DNA from: Octopus sinensis
Lineage: Eukaryota
Length of the DNA stretch: 64,000 nucleotides
Direction: 5' to 3'
Assembly (NCBI RefSeq): GCF_006345805.1
Contig: NC_043002.1
Location: 98,952,001 to 99,016,000, forward strand
Program-made: the position numbers and the translations under genes
In this document: in pieces, positions 13,019 through 27,954 of the stretch
Layout: each line of letters opens with the position of its first letter
Numbering within the stretch: position 1 is the first letter of the stretch
Notes under the pieces: model-generated
The model's input: only the letters and a program-made list of their open reading frames with translations
What the model was told of the DNA's origin: nothing
Databases searched by the model: none

Positions 13019-13250
13019 AGGCGGCGAGCTGGCGGAAACGTTAGCACGCCGGGCGAAATGCGTAGCCGTATTTCGTCTGTCGTTACGTTGTGAGTTCAAA
13101 TTCCGCCGAGGTCGACTTTGCCTTTCATCCTTTCGGGGTCGATAAGTTAAGTACCAGTTACACACTGGGGTCGATGTAATCGACTTAATCTCTTTGTCTG
13201 TCCTTGTTTGTCACCTCTATGTTTAGCCCCTTGTGGGCAATAAAGAAATA
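13019..13250 (+). mobile_element. tRNA-derived SINE family B (central domain resembles the Meta-type conserved SINE core)
   Basis: ggcggcgagctggc...gagttcaaattccgccgaggtcgactttgcctttcatcctttcggggtcgata. Further copies or fragments at ~5020-5135, 16444-16678 (-), 23085-23252 (-), 25190-25277 (-), 26886-27095, 37880-38000 and 51411-51630. Confidence 0.85.
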
Positions 13251-13671
13251 TATATCAAGTCTGATACCTCACAGGGATGAAAATTCGTAAACAATATTAA
13301 TAATTTCTTTAATTGGCACAAAACAATAACTCATTTGTTTGGGTAATGATGGAGGTGAGAACAGTTGATTATACTGATCACACAACTTGACTGGTACTTA
13401 TATTTATAGGGGATGAATAAAAAGCAAATGCCACAAATTATTTTGCCCAGCTGAAAATATTCTGCAAATCCATAATAATTGTTTTGAATTTCGTCACAAG
13501 TTCAGTAATTTTTAGACAGAAGGGAGCTTGCTGAATATATCGACCCCATTAATTGACTGGCACTATATTTTATCGATTCTGAAAGGATTAAAGGCAAAGT
13601 TGAAACGGCGGAATAAGAACTCAGAACGTAATGATTCGGAAGAATAACTGCAAAACATGCCGGTGTTTTGC

Positions 13672-13673
13672 TG

Positions 13674-13710
<37 letters not shown>

Positions 13711-13803
13711 CACTACTACTACTACTACCACCACCACCACCACCACCACCACCACTACCACCACCACCACCACCACCACCACCACCACCAACAACACCAC
13801 CAT

Positions 13804-13849
<46 letters not shown>

Positions 13850-13900
13850 GATGATGATGATTATAATAATAATAATAATAACAATAATAATAATAATTAC
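13672..13900. repeat. Compound trinucleotide microsatellite (CTA/CCA/TGA/TAA)
   Basis: Read directly; source of the poly-amino-acid ORFs. Confidence 0.97.
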
Positions 13901-14414
13901 CACACTGGCTCTCATGTCTTCTAATATTAACTGATTGGAAATGTACATTGTTTTGTCTTGGTATAAAAGATGGGCTACAGCAAATATTCTGCTCAATACC
14001 ACAGATTTGCTTGTCAGTTGTTTGACCTTAACCAGTTGAGCATGTCCCTTAGTGGCTGACGATATGTGCATCCCTGATCACGAGCAGAAGTAGTGGGGGA
14101 GTATCATAGCCGTGTGTTGAAAGGAATTCTTACCGGTTTGGATAATTCACATTTGGAAACATGGGTGGTTTGTTCAACATCCTTAAACAATCGTTATTCA
14201 GGGACCTTTTGAGCGGGATGGGTTACTCGACCAGAAGAAAATTCTAACTGGGCACCACCTGCAAGGTCATGCGCTGTTTATCTTTATATGAGATCACCAT
14301 GTCACGCACATATGGTTGTGATGCGTGTACCTAGTGGGTAGTCATGATGGATATCCTGGGCTTCGTATATTTTACCTCAGTGAAATTTTGATGGCATGCA
14401 CTGCTCTCTCACTC

Positions 14415-14452
<38 letters not shown>

Positions 14453-14475
14453 TAATAATAATAATAATGATAATA

Positions 14476-14532
<57 letters not shown>

Positions 14533-14534
14533 TG

Positions 14535-14599
<65 letters not shown>

Positions 14600-15230
14600 C
14601 CTTTCTTCAATAGACAGAAAGCCTGACAGTTTGGAAGAGGTGGGACTAATCGATCACGTCAGCTCCAGTGTTAACTTGGTACCTATATTGTCGCCCTCGA
14701 AAACTGGATCACACGGTGCATAAAACTCGGAAGAAATGACGCAGAGCATTTATTCAAACGCCCTTACAATTCTCGTAATAATAATACTCTCTTTTTACTC
14801 TTGTTTCAGTCATTTGACTATGGCCAAGCTGGAGCACCGCCTTTAGTCGAGCAAATCGACCCCGGGACTTACTTTTTGTAAGCCTAGTACTTATTCTATC
14901 GGTTTATTTTTCCGAACCGCTAAGTTACGGAGACGTAAACACACCAGCATCGGTTGTCAAGTGATGTTGGGGGGACAAACACAGACACACAAACATATAC
15001 ACACACACATATATATATATATATACATATATACGACGGGCTTCTTTCAGTTTCCGTCTACCAAATCCACTCACAAGGCTTTGGTCGGCCCGAGGTTATA
15101 GTAGATGACACTTGCCCAAGTTACCACGCAGTGGGACTGAACCCTGAACCATGTGGTTGGTAAGCAAGCAACTTACCACACAGCCACTCCTACGCCTATG
15201 ATGATGATAATTATAATAATGATAATAATA

Positions 15231-15292
<62 letters not shown>

Positions 15293-15669
15293 CTCTTAGC
15301 ATTATGCAACGAGCAAAATATTATAAATTACTCTCCGTAGGCCTATCAAGTTCTTGTAATGAAAAATGGAAATCTAATTGCAAACGGTTACACAACACAA
15401 ACAATAAATAAACAAACCAAAATACCAAATATGGCAAGAAATACAAAACAAAACCTGAAATGACAGAGAGTTATGAGGTGAAAGGTGGAACAGCATGAGA
15501 AATTGTGAAAATAATGTAAAAGAAAAACTATGATAAAATTGAAGTACAGATTACTAACTGAAATATCAATTCCCAATAGACGATGAAGCTTCTGTAAAAG
15601 AAATGGAGGGAGAAATATATGAATTTGGAAAAAAGATGTAGCAATTGAGATAATCTCATGTGGGACTGA

Positions 15670-16035
15670 AAATCAAGAAAGCCTACGTAAAGGACTTGTG
15701 AATTATTAAAGAAACATCTAAAACCCTACGTAACGAAAAGATTCAGAATTTGCAAATAAACGCAATATACATGATCTACATGGCCTATATGATCTACATA
15801 GTTAGGCGACGAGTTGGCAGAAACGTTAGCACACCGGGCGAAATGCGTTACTAAATCAAGAAAGCCTACGTAAAGGACTTGTGAATTATTAAAGAAACAT
15901 CTAAAACCCTACGTAACGAAAAGATTCAGAATTTGCAAATAAACGCAATATACATGATCTACATGGCCTATATGATCTACATAGTTAGGCGACGAGTTGG
16001 CAGAAACGTTAGCACACCGGGCGAAATGCGTTACT
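15670..16035. repeat. Perfect 183-bp tandem duplication that includes a SINE head
   Basis: 15670-15852 equals 15853-16035. Confidence 0.95.
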
Positions 16036-16203
16036 TTACGTTCTCAGTTCAAATTCCGCCGAGGTCGACTTTGCCTTTCATCCTTTCGGGGTCGATAAAT
16101 TAAGTACCAGTTACGCCCTGGGGTCGATGTAATCGACTTAATCCGTCTGTCTGTCCTTGTTTGTGTCCTCTGTGTTTAGCCCCTTGTGGGTAGTAAAGAA
16201 ATA
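15987..16203 (+). mobile_element. SINE family B copy with 18-bp TSD
   Basis: TSD tatatgatctacatagtt at 15969-15986 / 16204-16221. Confidence 0.88.
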
Positions 16204-17044
16204 TATATGATCTACATAGTTTTTTGCTCACATATTAGATAGAGTATTGTGAAAATATCAGTATGATTTTATCTTTTAGTTGTTACAGTCATTAGACTGC
16301 AGCCATGCTCGGGCATCGCCTTGAAAAAAGTTTTAGTCGAAAGAATCCACCCCAGGACTTATTTTCTATTTTAAACCTGGTACGTATTCTAGCGATCTCA
16401 TTTGCAGGATTGCTAGTTTACTGAAACTTAAATACACAAATACCTATTTCTTTATTGTCCACAAGGGGCTAAACACAGAGAGGACAAACAATGACAGACA
16501 ACTGGATTAAGTCGATTATATCGACGCCAGTGCGTAACTGGTACTTATTTAATCGACTCTGAAAGGATGAAAGGCAAAGTCAGCCTCGGCGGAATTTGAA
16601 CTCAGAACGTAGCGGCAGACGAAATACTGCTAAGCATTTCGCCCGGCGTGCTAACGTTTCTGTCAGCTCGCCGCCTTCTAAAAACACAAATACCGGTTGC
16701 CAAGCGGTATTGAGAAGCAAACACAGGCACGGACACACACACACACACACACACAAAAAAAACACACACACACCAAACAAACACACACACAAACACACAC
16801 CAAACACACACACACAAACGCATGTACTCTCACACACATACACACACAAGACGGGTTTCTATCAGTTTCCATCTACCATCTCCACTCATAAGTCTTTTGG
16901 TCGGACCGTGGCTATTAGTAGAAGACAGTAATTTCAGGTGCCATGCAATGGACTGAACTCAGAACCATTTGGTTGGGAATCAAACTTCTTACTATGCAGC
17001 CATGTATGGTAATTACAAAATATAACTAAATCCACTACACCGCT

Positions 17045-17390
17045 GAAGGTGCATAACTCAGAGGTCAAGGAATTTCTCCAGGTCGAGCCGCTACCGCTAC
17101 TTCTCAGTATTGAAAAGTCACAGCTCTGGTACTACAACCATGAGATTAGAACGTCGCAAGACGGATCCGTGAAGCCGACTCAATCGGCTGCAGACCTAGG
17201 GATAGACCAAAAATGAGATGATTGGATAATATCTTTAATCTAAACTGGACATGATTGAGAAGTCATCTGCAAGCACAGTGAAGTTTGTTTTGGATATGAC
17301 CCTGTGAAGGAGAAGCCTGACGGCTCTACCCTCCTGTTGTTTCTATGAATAGTGAACAGAGAAGATAGATGGGTGGATGAAAGCACAACA
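17045..17390 (+). mobile_element. RTE-clade LINE 3' remnant
   Basis: Translates HNSEVKEFLQVEPL..LLSIEKSQLWYY, matching the RTE C-terminal (R)NSEIRE..VEPL..IE.SQLRW.GH motif, then becomes degenerate. Confidence 0.7.
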
Positions 17391-17411
17391 TATGCTTGAG
17401 GCGTACAAAAC

Positions 17412-17877
17412 TGTGATCGATAATGCAGTGAATGTACGCACTAATTCAGACAAACGAGAGTAGAAAAAAAAACGCAATACAACTTATGTTTAACGCAAAC
17501 ACTTGTGTCGAAGGATTGCTCTACTCTGTCTCCGAATGCAGGGGTCGATGTCTCGTTCGGTGGGAAAACAAAGGATTGCTCTACTCTGTCTCCGAATGCA
17601 GGGGTCGATGTCTCGTTCGGTGGGAAAACAAAGGATTGCTCTACTCTGTCTCCGAATGCAGGGGTCGATGTCTCGTTCGGTGGGAAAACAAAGGATTGCT
17701 CTACTCTGTCTCCGAATGCAGGGGTCGATGTCTCGTTCGGTGGGAAAACAAACTTGTAGCTGTTTCGGCTCCTTCCACTTGGAAACCAGAACTGCCCGAG
17801 ATACGAGTATTGTGGTGCCAGATGCTGCGACTTGTGATCCAGAAGCTTCTATCGTAGTCAATTAAAATTCTAGTACA
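17412..17877. mobile_element. Probable solo LTR carrying a 4x60-bp expansion
   Basis: Starts TGT and ends ACA, with 4-bp AAAC on both sides (17408-17411 / 17878-17881). Confidence 0.5.
17511..17750. repeat. Perfect 4 x 60-bp tandem repeat
   Basis: Unit aaggattgctctactctgtctccgaatgcaggggtcgatgtctcgttcggtgggaaaaca, identical four times. Confidence 0.97.
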
Positions 17878-18639
17878 AAACCATATGTAGCAATATAGTC
17901 ACACAGAGGTTGAGAAGCTGCCGCTTAATAAGAAGCACGACATTCCCGAAACCTGTTCACTCTGCTATTATTATCACCCTCACAAAACTAATTGCCTCAG
18001 ATTTGCACTCGGTGTTAGCCAGGCTTTGCATCCAATTGGCGGTAATCCCTTAGCTCTCGATAGGACACTGATATTGTCTCCAAGAAGCTTCTGTCTGCTG
18101 TAGGTGTCGACATTTGATGCCATTCCGTCCCTTCCACAACCGGAATAACATTTGCTTTTTCCTCTCATAAATTCATCATTGCATCAGCCAGTCTTTTATT
18201 CAACATTACACCAGGCATCTCAAAACTACGAGATAGATAAAAGCCTACAGCTGCTAAAACACAGGGCAATTGCTGGATTGCGTACACACTTGGTTTTCAC
18301 CGTTTAACTGCAGGGTATACAATTTCTGGTGGGTTTATTATTCACAATTCGCATGCATAGCACAGTTACTACAACACTTAGTTGCCAGGATGTAGCTAAC
18401 AATGACTTCATTGTGGCCAGTAATATTGGTACGAAGCCAATTTTTGTGAGAACGTGTGTTACAAATTGAAATGCAATTTCAATTTTATTAGAAATGCAAA
18501 GCCGGTTGGTGAAGAATTTGCAGTAATATTACAAAGTATTTAAATCTCAAATCCGACGGTTCTCTAACGACGTCTTCTACTCATTTCACACTTTTAAAGC
18601 AACATCATTATTGATCCAGTCAAGCTTGAATCATCTGAG

Positions 18640-19206
18640 TATACATACATACATACATGCATACATACATACATACATACATACATACATACATACATAC
18701 ATACATGCATGCATACATACATACATACACACATACACACATACATACATACATACATACACACATACATACATACATATATACATACATACATACATGC
18801 ATACATACATACATACATGCATACATACATACATACATGCATACATACATACATACATGCATGCATACATACATGCATACATACATAAATACGTGCATAC
18901 ATACATACATACATGCATGCATACATACATACATACATACATACATGCATGCATGCATGCATACATACATACATACATACATACATGCATGCATGCATAC
19001 ATACATACATACACACATGCATACATACATACATGCATACATACATACATACATGCATACATACATACATACATACATGCATACATACATACATACATAC
19101 GTGCATACATACATACATACATTCATGCATACATGCATACATACATACATACATGCATACATACATACATGCATACATACATACATGCATACATATATAT
19201 ATATAT
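18640..19206. repeat. Long (ATAC)n/(ATGC)n compound tetranucleotide microsatellite
   Basis: ~570 bp of interleaved CATA/CATG units; source of six spurious ORFs. Confidence 0.97.
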
Positions 19207-21177
19207 GAAGTAAACGCGATATGGTTGAAGTAAACAATTAAGGCTAACTCATCCACTTACTTATGAATGATCTGAATGATCACTACGTTGCTTTAATCAC
19301 AGTATTTGACTGATAACTTGCTGAGAACTATCGTTGCCATGTATTCTACATCAACTTACTAGCATTGTTTAATCTCGAAAATATCCATAAGTAAATCGAA
19401 TGTTGGCGGATAAGAATGAGCAACAACAATCTCCCAGTATGAAGCTGTTTTTAGGTTCCCTCCGGGACGGTTTACACTAGGAGACTGACAGAATGCTCTG
19501 GGCCTATGCTTACGTCAATAACGTACGATATTTTACTTTTTAATCCACTGTGTAATCTTTGTAGAATAGAATTGGTTTTCTTGGTGTAGTAAGATAATAA
19601 TTTCAGTGGCGTTGATGATGTAATGGGTCTGGTGGAATTTATAGTTGCAGCAAAAATGATTGTTATTGATGTGTAATATTCTCTAATATCAAAAGTAGCA
19701 TTCACCCTTATAACAGACGGAATTAAACCGATTTATCATTGAACTGTTATTATTCTAGAATGGGTGACGTGATATTTACTTCATATTTGGTATTTTTACT
19801 GATAATATGAGGTACTGTTAATAGGATATTGGTGATGTTGAGTTTGTGGGTCTTCGAAAACAGGGAAACTGTGATGCCACTGTAAAGTTAAAGAATAGTT
19901 GAATCTGTTTGATGATCGAATAATTCTTTTAAGCTGACGCCTACATTTTTAATGATAAAAATGCATTTATACATACATGTATACACACATACGTACGAAA
20001 TTTGTATCAGACATACACATTTATACATATATTTATGTATCGCTCATACACACAAATATAGAACGTGACTGTGTGTATATCAAACAATATTTTTAATTTG
20101 TGGGTGTGACGTTTTTGTAGTTCAATATGGTTTATCGCAAAATGAGAAACTGGTATTATATAAACGATATCAAATAATATTAAAAAAATATCACAATTGT
20201 ATAAGTGACGATATAGAATTTTGTTGACACTTAATCATACAGACAGCTGAAGAGACAGACATTTCAAAAGACGGGTCTAGGAAGACAAATAAATTGACAG
20301 ATATCAACTGATAAAAAAAAAATTAAAACTGATAGATAAATTGGTAGATTGGTAGACAGTTTGTTAAAATATTAAATTAATCAACTAACAAATTTCTCTA
20401 GACAGATATCCCTTTGTCGGTGAAATAACTGATGATTGGTGAATTGTATTGTGAGCGATTTCGTAGTTAAACATCTAACCTCAGACATGCCGTTTGTCTG
20501 TTTGTAACCAAGTAGCCAGTTACTGTTACTGTTCGAAGACATAGCTCTTGTGTCTGCATGCGTCTAGCTCATAGCATGTGCAGCTATGAGCTGCAATTGA
20601 ACTGGTCTATGATTAAACAGCGTTTCGGATATAACGAAAGTTTACTGCACATTTGTTTTCCACTAAGATCTCCTTCAATTTTTCTCCACAAGTTGGTCTT
20701 TCTTGGTACACTGTACATAGTTGTGTATTGTTTTGCAGAAATACTGCGTGACCCCAAAATGAATTTGTCATTTTGCATATTCTATCTGTCAAGCTATGCA
20801 ACGTACACTTATATATGTAGACAACGCTCGTTGGTTTTTAAACATATCGATCAAACACTCTGCAACCTCCTAAAAGTGATATCAGTAGATAACAGCTACA
20901 CCATCAGGTACTGCAGTATACGCTTCACAGAAGCCATGTAAACAACTGAAGTACTCCTGAAGAGAGACCTGAAACTTGCGACAGACTTCTTGCCACCAAA
21001 TCTTAGATCCCTTTTACAGTTCTACTCCATCAACAGCTCTTACGGGCATACCACCTCACCTATACACACACATACATACATACATACACACATACATACA
21101 TACATAATACATACATACATACATACATACATACATACATACACACACACACATACATACATACATACATACATACA

Positions 21178-21211
<34 letters not shown>

Positions 21212-21238
21212 CACACATATATATATGCACACACATTA

Positions 21239-21305
<67 letters not shown>

Positions 21306-21527
21306 GCAAGAGTGACTATGTGGTAAGTAGCTAAGTAGCTTACTTACCAACCACATGGTTCTGGGTTCAGTCTCACTGCGCGGCACAATGGGCAAAATAT
21401 CTTCTACTATAGCCTCGGGCCGACCAAAGCGTTGTGAGTAGATTTGGTAGACGGAAACTGAAGGACGCTCGTCATATACATACATACATACATACATACA
21501 TACATACATACATACATACATACATAC

Positions 21528-21604
<77 letters not shown>

Positions 21605-23511
21605 TATATATATATACGTATATGTATGTATTCATATGTTTGTGTGTCTGTGTTTGTCCCCCCAATATCGCTTGACAACCGATGCTGGTGTATTTATGTC
21701 CCCGTTACATATCGGTTCGGTAATAGAGACCGACAGAATAAGAACTAGGCTTACAAAGAATAAGCCCTGGGGTCGATTTGCTCGACTAAAGGCGGTGCTT
21801 CAGCATAGCCGTAGGCAAATGACTGAGACAAATAAAAGAATAAATGGATAAAAGAATTTATATGTGTTTGTTTGTGGGGAAAAAAGAAAAAATGAATGAA
21901 GGAAAGAAAGGACGAGAGAAAGAAACAAAGACAGAAAGAAAGAGAGTGATTATTGTGCTGTTGCGATTAAACATTGTTTTTAGATGTGCAAGGACATTGA
22001 TATTCGCTAAAAGATGAGATATTAAAAGAAAACAACTTCATCAAATCATGCCAAATCACCGTGATATACAATATGAGCAATTACGTTAATTAGGGCTTTG
22101 ATGTGTAACCATATTTACATGTGTGTTCACAGGCATTTGGAAAGATACATGTAACAACATAAATACACTGGCAGAGACAGAAAGATGAGGTCCTAACATT
22201 GGAAGACATGGAACGCAGAACATTTGCTTAGAGAGGTGCATCACACTCTATTGTAGACACGTGGTCGACACTTTGGTGTCCATTCGTTCCGAAGATGAGG
22301 TGGCGAAGATAACACCCTCCACAGAATCATCAAATTTGACATGAAACAAGCTACGACGGATATCTCTCTAACGTCCGCTCGGTATCACCCTGTCTCTTGC
22401 TTTCTCTGCTTGAGTTTCGAATACCTGCAAAAATTAAATCACCACAGGACAAGGAATGATTTCATCGTCATATTAATAGTTGCGACGAAGTTACGTGAGC
22501 AAAGCCTGCACGGATAAACTTCGGAAAGATAAATGTCCCCCTGAGACTAATGATAACACTCTGTTGAATGATTGACTAATGTAGTATGTGTCTTAGAGAG
22601 ACAGGCAGAAGCTTGCATCTTACTGTACATCTTCCAGTGATGTTAACCAGAACGATGCTTACAATGATAAAGATAGCCGGGGTCACAGATAACTTGATCC
22701 TGGCTAAAGTTAAAGAATAAAGATCCCCTTCGGTCATAGATGACCATGGAATTGTGCCTAGAGACGTGTCCTACGAGGTACGAGACCGAGCAAAGTTGTT
22801 TTGTGGAAGACCACCAGCCGCCCATGCATACCAGTCTCCCCTCACTACGCCACCGATGTTAACCAAGGGAAAGGCAAAAGCCTATACAGCCTGGTGCCAG
22901 TAACGCTGCAACTGATTTCTACAAGTGACTCAACTGGAGCAACGTGAAATAAAGTGTCTTGCTCAGCAATACCACTTTCAACCCGGTCCAGGAATCAAAC
23001 CGAATTCATAACCTCACGATTGTACCAATCAGACAAATAATGCTTTCTACTAGAGGCATAAGGCCTGGAATTTTGGGGAGAGGTTAGTCGATTACAACGA
23101 CCCCAGGGTTTCCCCGGTACTTAATTTATCGACCCTGAAAGGACGGAAGGCAAAGTGGACCTCGGCGTAATTTGAACTCTGAACGTAGCGACGGGCGAAA
23201 TGCCACTAAGCATTTCATCCAACGTGCTAATGCCTCTGCCAGCTCGCCGCCTTTAACCACACAAATAATGAGAACATTCAGGCAGTGATGCGTACAGTGA
23301 AATTATCAGGGTAAAAGTAAGGAAAGTAAAGAACATTAAGGGAGAAAGAGAAAAAAGAATCTAATAGAAATAAAAATTGTCTGTGTCGATACAGCAGAAG
23401 ATTCGAAGCCACCAACCCAGGAACTGAAGACAATGACATTCAGTGAAGAAAGTAAAGCTAAAAAAGTGAAATGCAAAGAATGGATGAGGAAAGCGAGAGA
23501 GAGAGAGAGAG

Positions 23512-23574
<63 letters not shown>

Positions 23575-23877
23575 TTGAATCATGTAAGGCGAACAGGACG
23601 ACCTTCGGGAGAGTACCTAAGAACGTTAATATTTTACGAAAAGAATATGGAAATAGTGAAACGATTAACGAAGACAAAAGGTTTGATAAGAGTAAAATTG
23701 GAACACAACATGTTTGAACCAAGCGCTAGAGCGGTGTTAGTGGGAAAAGAAAAAATAGAAAAATTAGTAGAGACATTTAAAGAGAAGATTAAAGTAAGTA
23801 ATATACATATTCGCTATGATAATCTGACCAACGTGATTGGGATGGAAGACATAATTGAATATATAACTGATAGATAA
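23575..23877 (+). pseudogene. Possible LINE ORF1-like remnant
   Basis: Non-repetitive 100-codon ORF (NHVRRTGRPSGEYLRTLIF...) inside a purine-rich TE-like block. The assignment rests on resemblance only. Confidence 0.3.
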
Positions 23878-23900
23878 ATAGAACAATTACAGACTGTACA

Positions 23901-24288
23901 GTGGAAGCACTCCGTCGGTTACGACGACGAGGGTTCCGGTTGATCCGAATCAATGGAACAGCCTGCTCGTGAAATTAACGTGTAAGTGGCTGAGCACTCC
24001 ACAGACACGTGTACCCTTAACGTAGTTCTCGGGGATATTCAGCGTGACACAGAGAGTGACAAGACCGGCCCTTTGAAATACAGATACAATAGAAACAGGA
24101 AGTAAGAGTGAGAGAAAGTTGTGGTGAAAGAGTACAGCAGGGATCACCACCATCCCCTGCCGGAGCCTCGTGGAGCTTTAGGTGTTTTTCGCTCAATAAA
24201 CACTCACAACGCCCGGTCTGGGAATCGAAACCGCGATCCTACGACCGCGAGTCCGCTGCCCTAACCACTGGGCCATTGCGCCTCCACT
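23901..24288 (-). mobile_element. SINE family A copy
   Basis: Near-identical to 4594-4976; imperfect TSD acagactgta / acaaactgta. Confidence 0.9.
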
Positions 24289-24482
24289 ACAAACTGTATA
24301 ACAAAATGTATAAAGGACTGTAAAATGAAACTTCGTAAGCCATTCCATTTCCCATTACACATAACTCATCTCATATTCATTATTTGTTATATATATCCCA
24401 AATTTTGTATTGTTTGTATGTAATTGTAATGTCCTTTTTATATTCAGGCTACATGCCTATAATAAAGAGAAACTCAGCTACC

Positions 24483-24514
<32 letters not shown>

Positions 24515-24631
24515 CAACAACACACACACATACACACACACACACACCACGCGCGCACGTACATAAACAAAAATTATGTTCTCTTAGACACCGTCCTGTG
24601 ATGTCAGAGAAGCGTTCAGAAGATGCGTTTG

Positions 24632-24697
24632 AAAGCTAACGTTGTTCAGAAACTCAGTTGTACGTGCAGAGCAAGATACATTGGATCGACAATTCAA
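24632..24697 (+). pseudogene. PLE GIY-YIG endonuclease remnant
   Basis: Translates KANVVQKLSCTCRARYIGSTIQ (VVY..C.C...YIG.T pattern). Confidence 0.55.
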
Positions 24698-25009
24698 AAC
24701 GACAAATTCATCAAAGGATTGGATTATGGAGCTTTCCCTACGAACTTAATATCTTCAGTGTTGTATTGTAATACAGATTAACATGTGGAGGAATCATATC
24801 AACGGAAATTTTAGCGGATAAGACGCATGAAAAACACATGTACTGTTTCTCTGAAAAATATTGTGCCTGTCTACTGAGTTATCGGAATGTTAAAACACAA
24901 ACAGCTAGATTAAGGAGGAATAATTAAATGTGGAAACGCACAAAGTCAGCAGTAACTAATTATCCAGCAACAAAGTTCAGCAAACTGTCATTCGCTAAGT
25001 TAACAATTT

Positions 25010-25087
<78 letters not shown>

Positions 25088-26239
25088 CCGCCATCCATCC
25101 ATCCACTCATCCATCAATCTTTTCTATTATTATATGTGCAAGGCCTGAAGTTTTAAGGGAGGGATTATATCAACCTCAGAATTTCATTGGTACGTAATTT
25201 ATCGACTCCGAAAGGATGAAAGGCAAAGTCGACATCGGCGTAATTTGAACTCAGAACGTAGCGACGGGCGAAATACTCTATCTATCTCTATCTATCTATC
25301 TATCTATCTATCTCATTTTTGACAGATTTAGCTTCCCCATCCATCATCCATCCATCCATCCATCCGTCCGTCCGTCCGTCCGTCCTTTCATCTCTATGTA
25401 TCTTTCTACTGTTATCCATCTAATTATCTTTCTGTTTCTGTCCATGTATTTATGTTGTTCCCTGTATCTTTCGAAATACTTGTGAAAACATGTATAAATA
25501 TGATTACACATGAGAACCCTAACCAGCGACATTGCTCACTTTGTATGTCTGGCACATCCTCATGAATTTATTATTTTTTTGTTTATATCTCGTTTTTAGC
25601 GAATATCAATGTCTTTAAGCCATGTTGGATCGCAACGGCACCACATTCACTGCGTCTCTTTCTATCCTTTTTCTTTCTTTTTTTCTTTCTTTCTTTCTTC
25701 ATTCATTTTTCTCTCTTCCTTCTTTCTCCATATATCTGTAGGGCACCGGATATAATTCCTTGCGACGTTTATTCTTGAATTTTTACGTTCTCGGTTCAAG
25801 TCCGTCGCGGGCAAATTTTACCTTTCATTTTTTTTTTTGCGTGGGTTAGGGTGCGATAAAATAGAAATAGCGTATCGGCCGAACACTGAGATTCATGCAA
25901 GGTAAATGTGTGCGACATGATAATGAGCTGAAAGTGTCAGGCGTGGGATGTGAATTGTGTTTAGTGGAGCTATGTGCGTGACTATGCACACATACACATA
26001 TGTACATACACACATACATGCATGTATATTCTGTTGTTCTTTTACTCTTTTACCTGTTTCAGTCATTTGACCTCGGTCATGCTGGAGCACCGCCTTTAGT
26101 CGAACAAGTCGACCCCAGGACTTATTCTCTGTAAGCCTAGTACTTATTCTATCGGTTCCTTTTTGCCGAACCGCTAAGGTACGGGTAGGTAAACACACCA
26201 ACATCAGTTGTCAAGCGATGGTGGGAGGGACAAACACAG

Positions 26240-26272
<33 letters not shown>

Positions 26273-26499
26273 TACATACATACATACATACATACATAAA
26301 TATATATATATAAAACACGGCAGATTTCCTTCAGGTTCCGTCTACCGAATCCACTGACAAGGCTTTGGTCGGCCCGCGGCTATAGTAGAAACCACATGCC
26401 CGAAGAGCCACGCAGTGTTACTGAACCCGGAACCATGTGGTTGGTAAGCAAGCTACTTACCACACAGCCACATTTGTGTGAGTGTCTATGTATACATGC

Positions 26500-26778
26500 A
26501 TTCCGTCGGTTACGACGACGAGGGCTTCAGTTGATCCGATCAACAGAACAACCTGCCCGTGAAAAGATCGTAGTTCTCAGGGAGATTCAGCGTGACACAG
26601 TGTGTAACAAGGGTGGACCTTTGAAATACAGGTACTACTCATTTTTGCCAACTGAGTGGACGGGAGTAACGTGAAATAAGTTGTCTGGCTCGAGGAAACA
26701 ACACATCGGCGGGAATTGAACTTGCGATCTTACGATCTTGAGCCGAATACCCTAACCACTAAGCCACGCGCCTTCACA
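26500..26778 (-). mobile_element. Diverged SINE sharing the family-A 3' tail
   Basis: Tail ccgtcggttacgacgacgaggg joined to a different body and head. Confidence 0.7.
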
Positions 26779-27324
26779 TGTATATATACGTACATGAATA
26801 TGGTGTTGAATTATATGCATGCAGTCGTCCATGACAAGTAGTGTCCTTAGAGCGTCGCATGGAAAGCCTGGCGGTATTAGGTTTGAAGGCGGCGAGCTGG
26901 CAGAATCGTTAGCACGTCGGGCGAAATGCTTAGCGGTATTTCAGCTGCCGTTACGTTGTGAGTTCAAATTGCGCCGAGGTCGACTTTGCCTTTCATCCTT
27001 TCGGGGTCGATAAATTAAGTACCAGTTAATCCCTTTGTCTGTCCTTGTTTGAACCCTCTATGTTTAGCCTTTTGTGGGCAATAAAGAAATAGGCATTAGG
27101 TTTGATTTCTACTTAAGTCTAGATTATCTTTAACTTCTTCCTGGTCAGTTGCAGGGAGGTTAAAGCTTATTGCATATTACACAGGTGTGCACACACAAAG
27201 AATATATATGCACAGGCACAAACATAAATGTATATGTGTGTATGTGTGTATATATGTATATATATATATATGAAAAAAAAAGTAAAAAATAGAAAATGCT
27301 AAAATAATTTTATAGTGAACATTT

Positions 27325-27362
27325 CAGTACCGGTTTCGGTCATTTTGAGACCTTTTCAACTG
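27325..27362 (-). ncRNA. Mirror copy of the U3-A8 hammerhead in the left palindrome arm
   Basis: Exact reverse complement of 27955-27992. Confidence 0.75.
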
Positions 27363-27954
27363 TAACGATTAGATAATTAAATTTAGAAAAATTAGAAGAA
27401 AAGTTTTTTTAAAAGAATATTTCTATAGTAGTGTTCAGATTTAAGTGGCATTCTGCCTTTCTCTGACTCCCTTGTTTGCACTTGTGTGTTCGAGGTAGTT
27501 GTGAGTTCTTGGTAGGGTAGTAGAGGGAAGGCTGGTGAGGAAAGGGGGGTGGGAGAATCTGGGAGTGCCCTGATGGTCGTATTTTGAATGGTCAGTGGCG
27601 GCTGGCAGTCTCAGTTCAATTCAGGAGAATATTTATATTGACAGGCTTGTTTATAGAATTCTATAAACAAGCCTGTCAATATAAATATTCTCCTGAATTG
27701 AACTGAGACTGCCAGCCGCCACTGACCATTCAAAATACGACCATCAGGGCACTCCCAGATTCTCCCACCCCCCTTTCCTCACCAGCCTTCCCTCTACTAC
27801 CCTACCAAGAACTCACAACTACCTCGAACACACAAGTGCAAACAAGGGAGTCAGAGAAAGGCAGAATGCCACTTAAATCTGAACACTACTATAGAAATAT
27901 TCTTTTAAAAAAACTTTTCTTCTAATTTTTCTAAATTTAATTATTTAATCGTTA

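Noticed and set aside
17511-17750. CRISPR-like array
   Set aside because: The units are identical and contiguous with no unique spacers, in eukaryotic DNA with no cas genes.
20956-20990. CTGAAGAgagacctGAAA as a hammerhead
   Set aside because: Stem II is too short or mismatched and there is no palindromic stem III; at most a decayed remnant.
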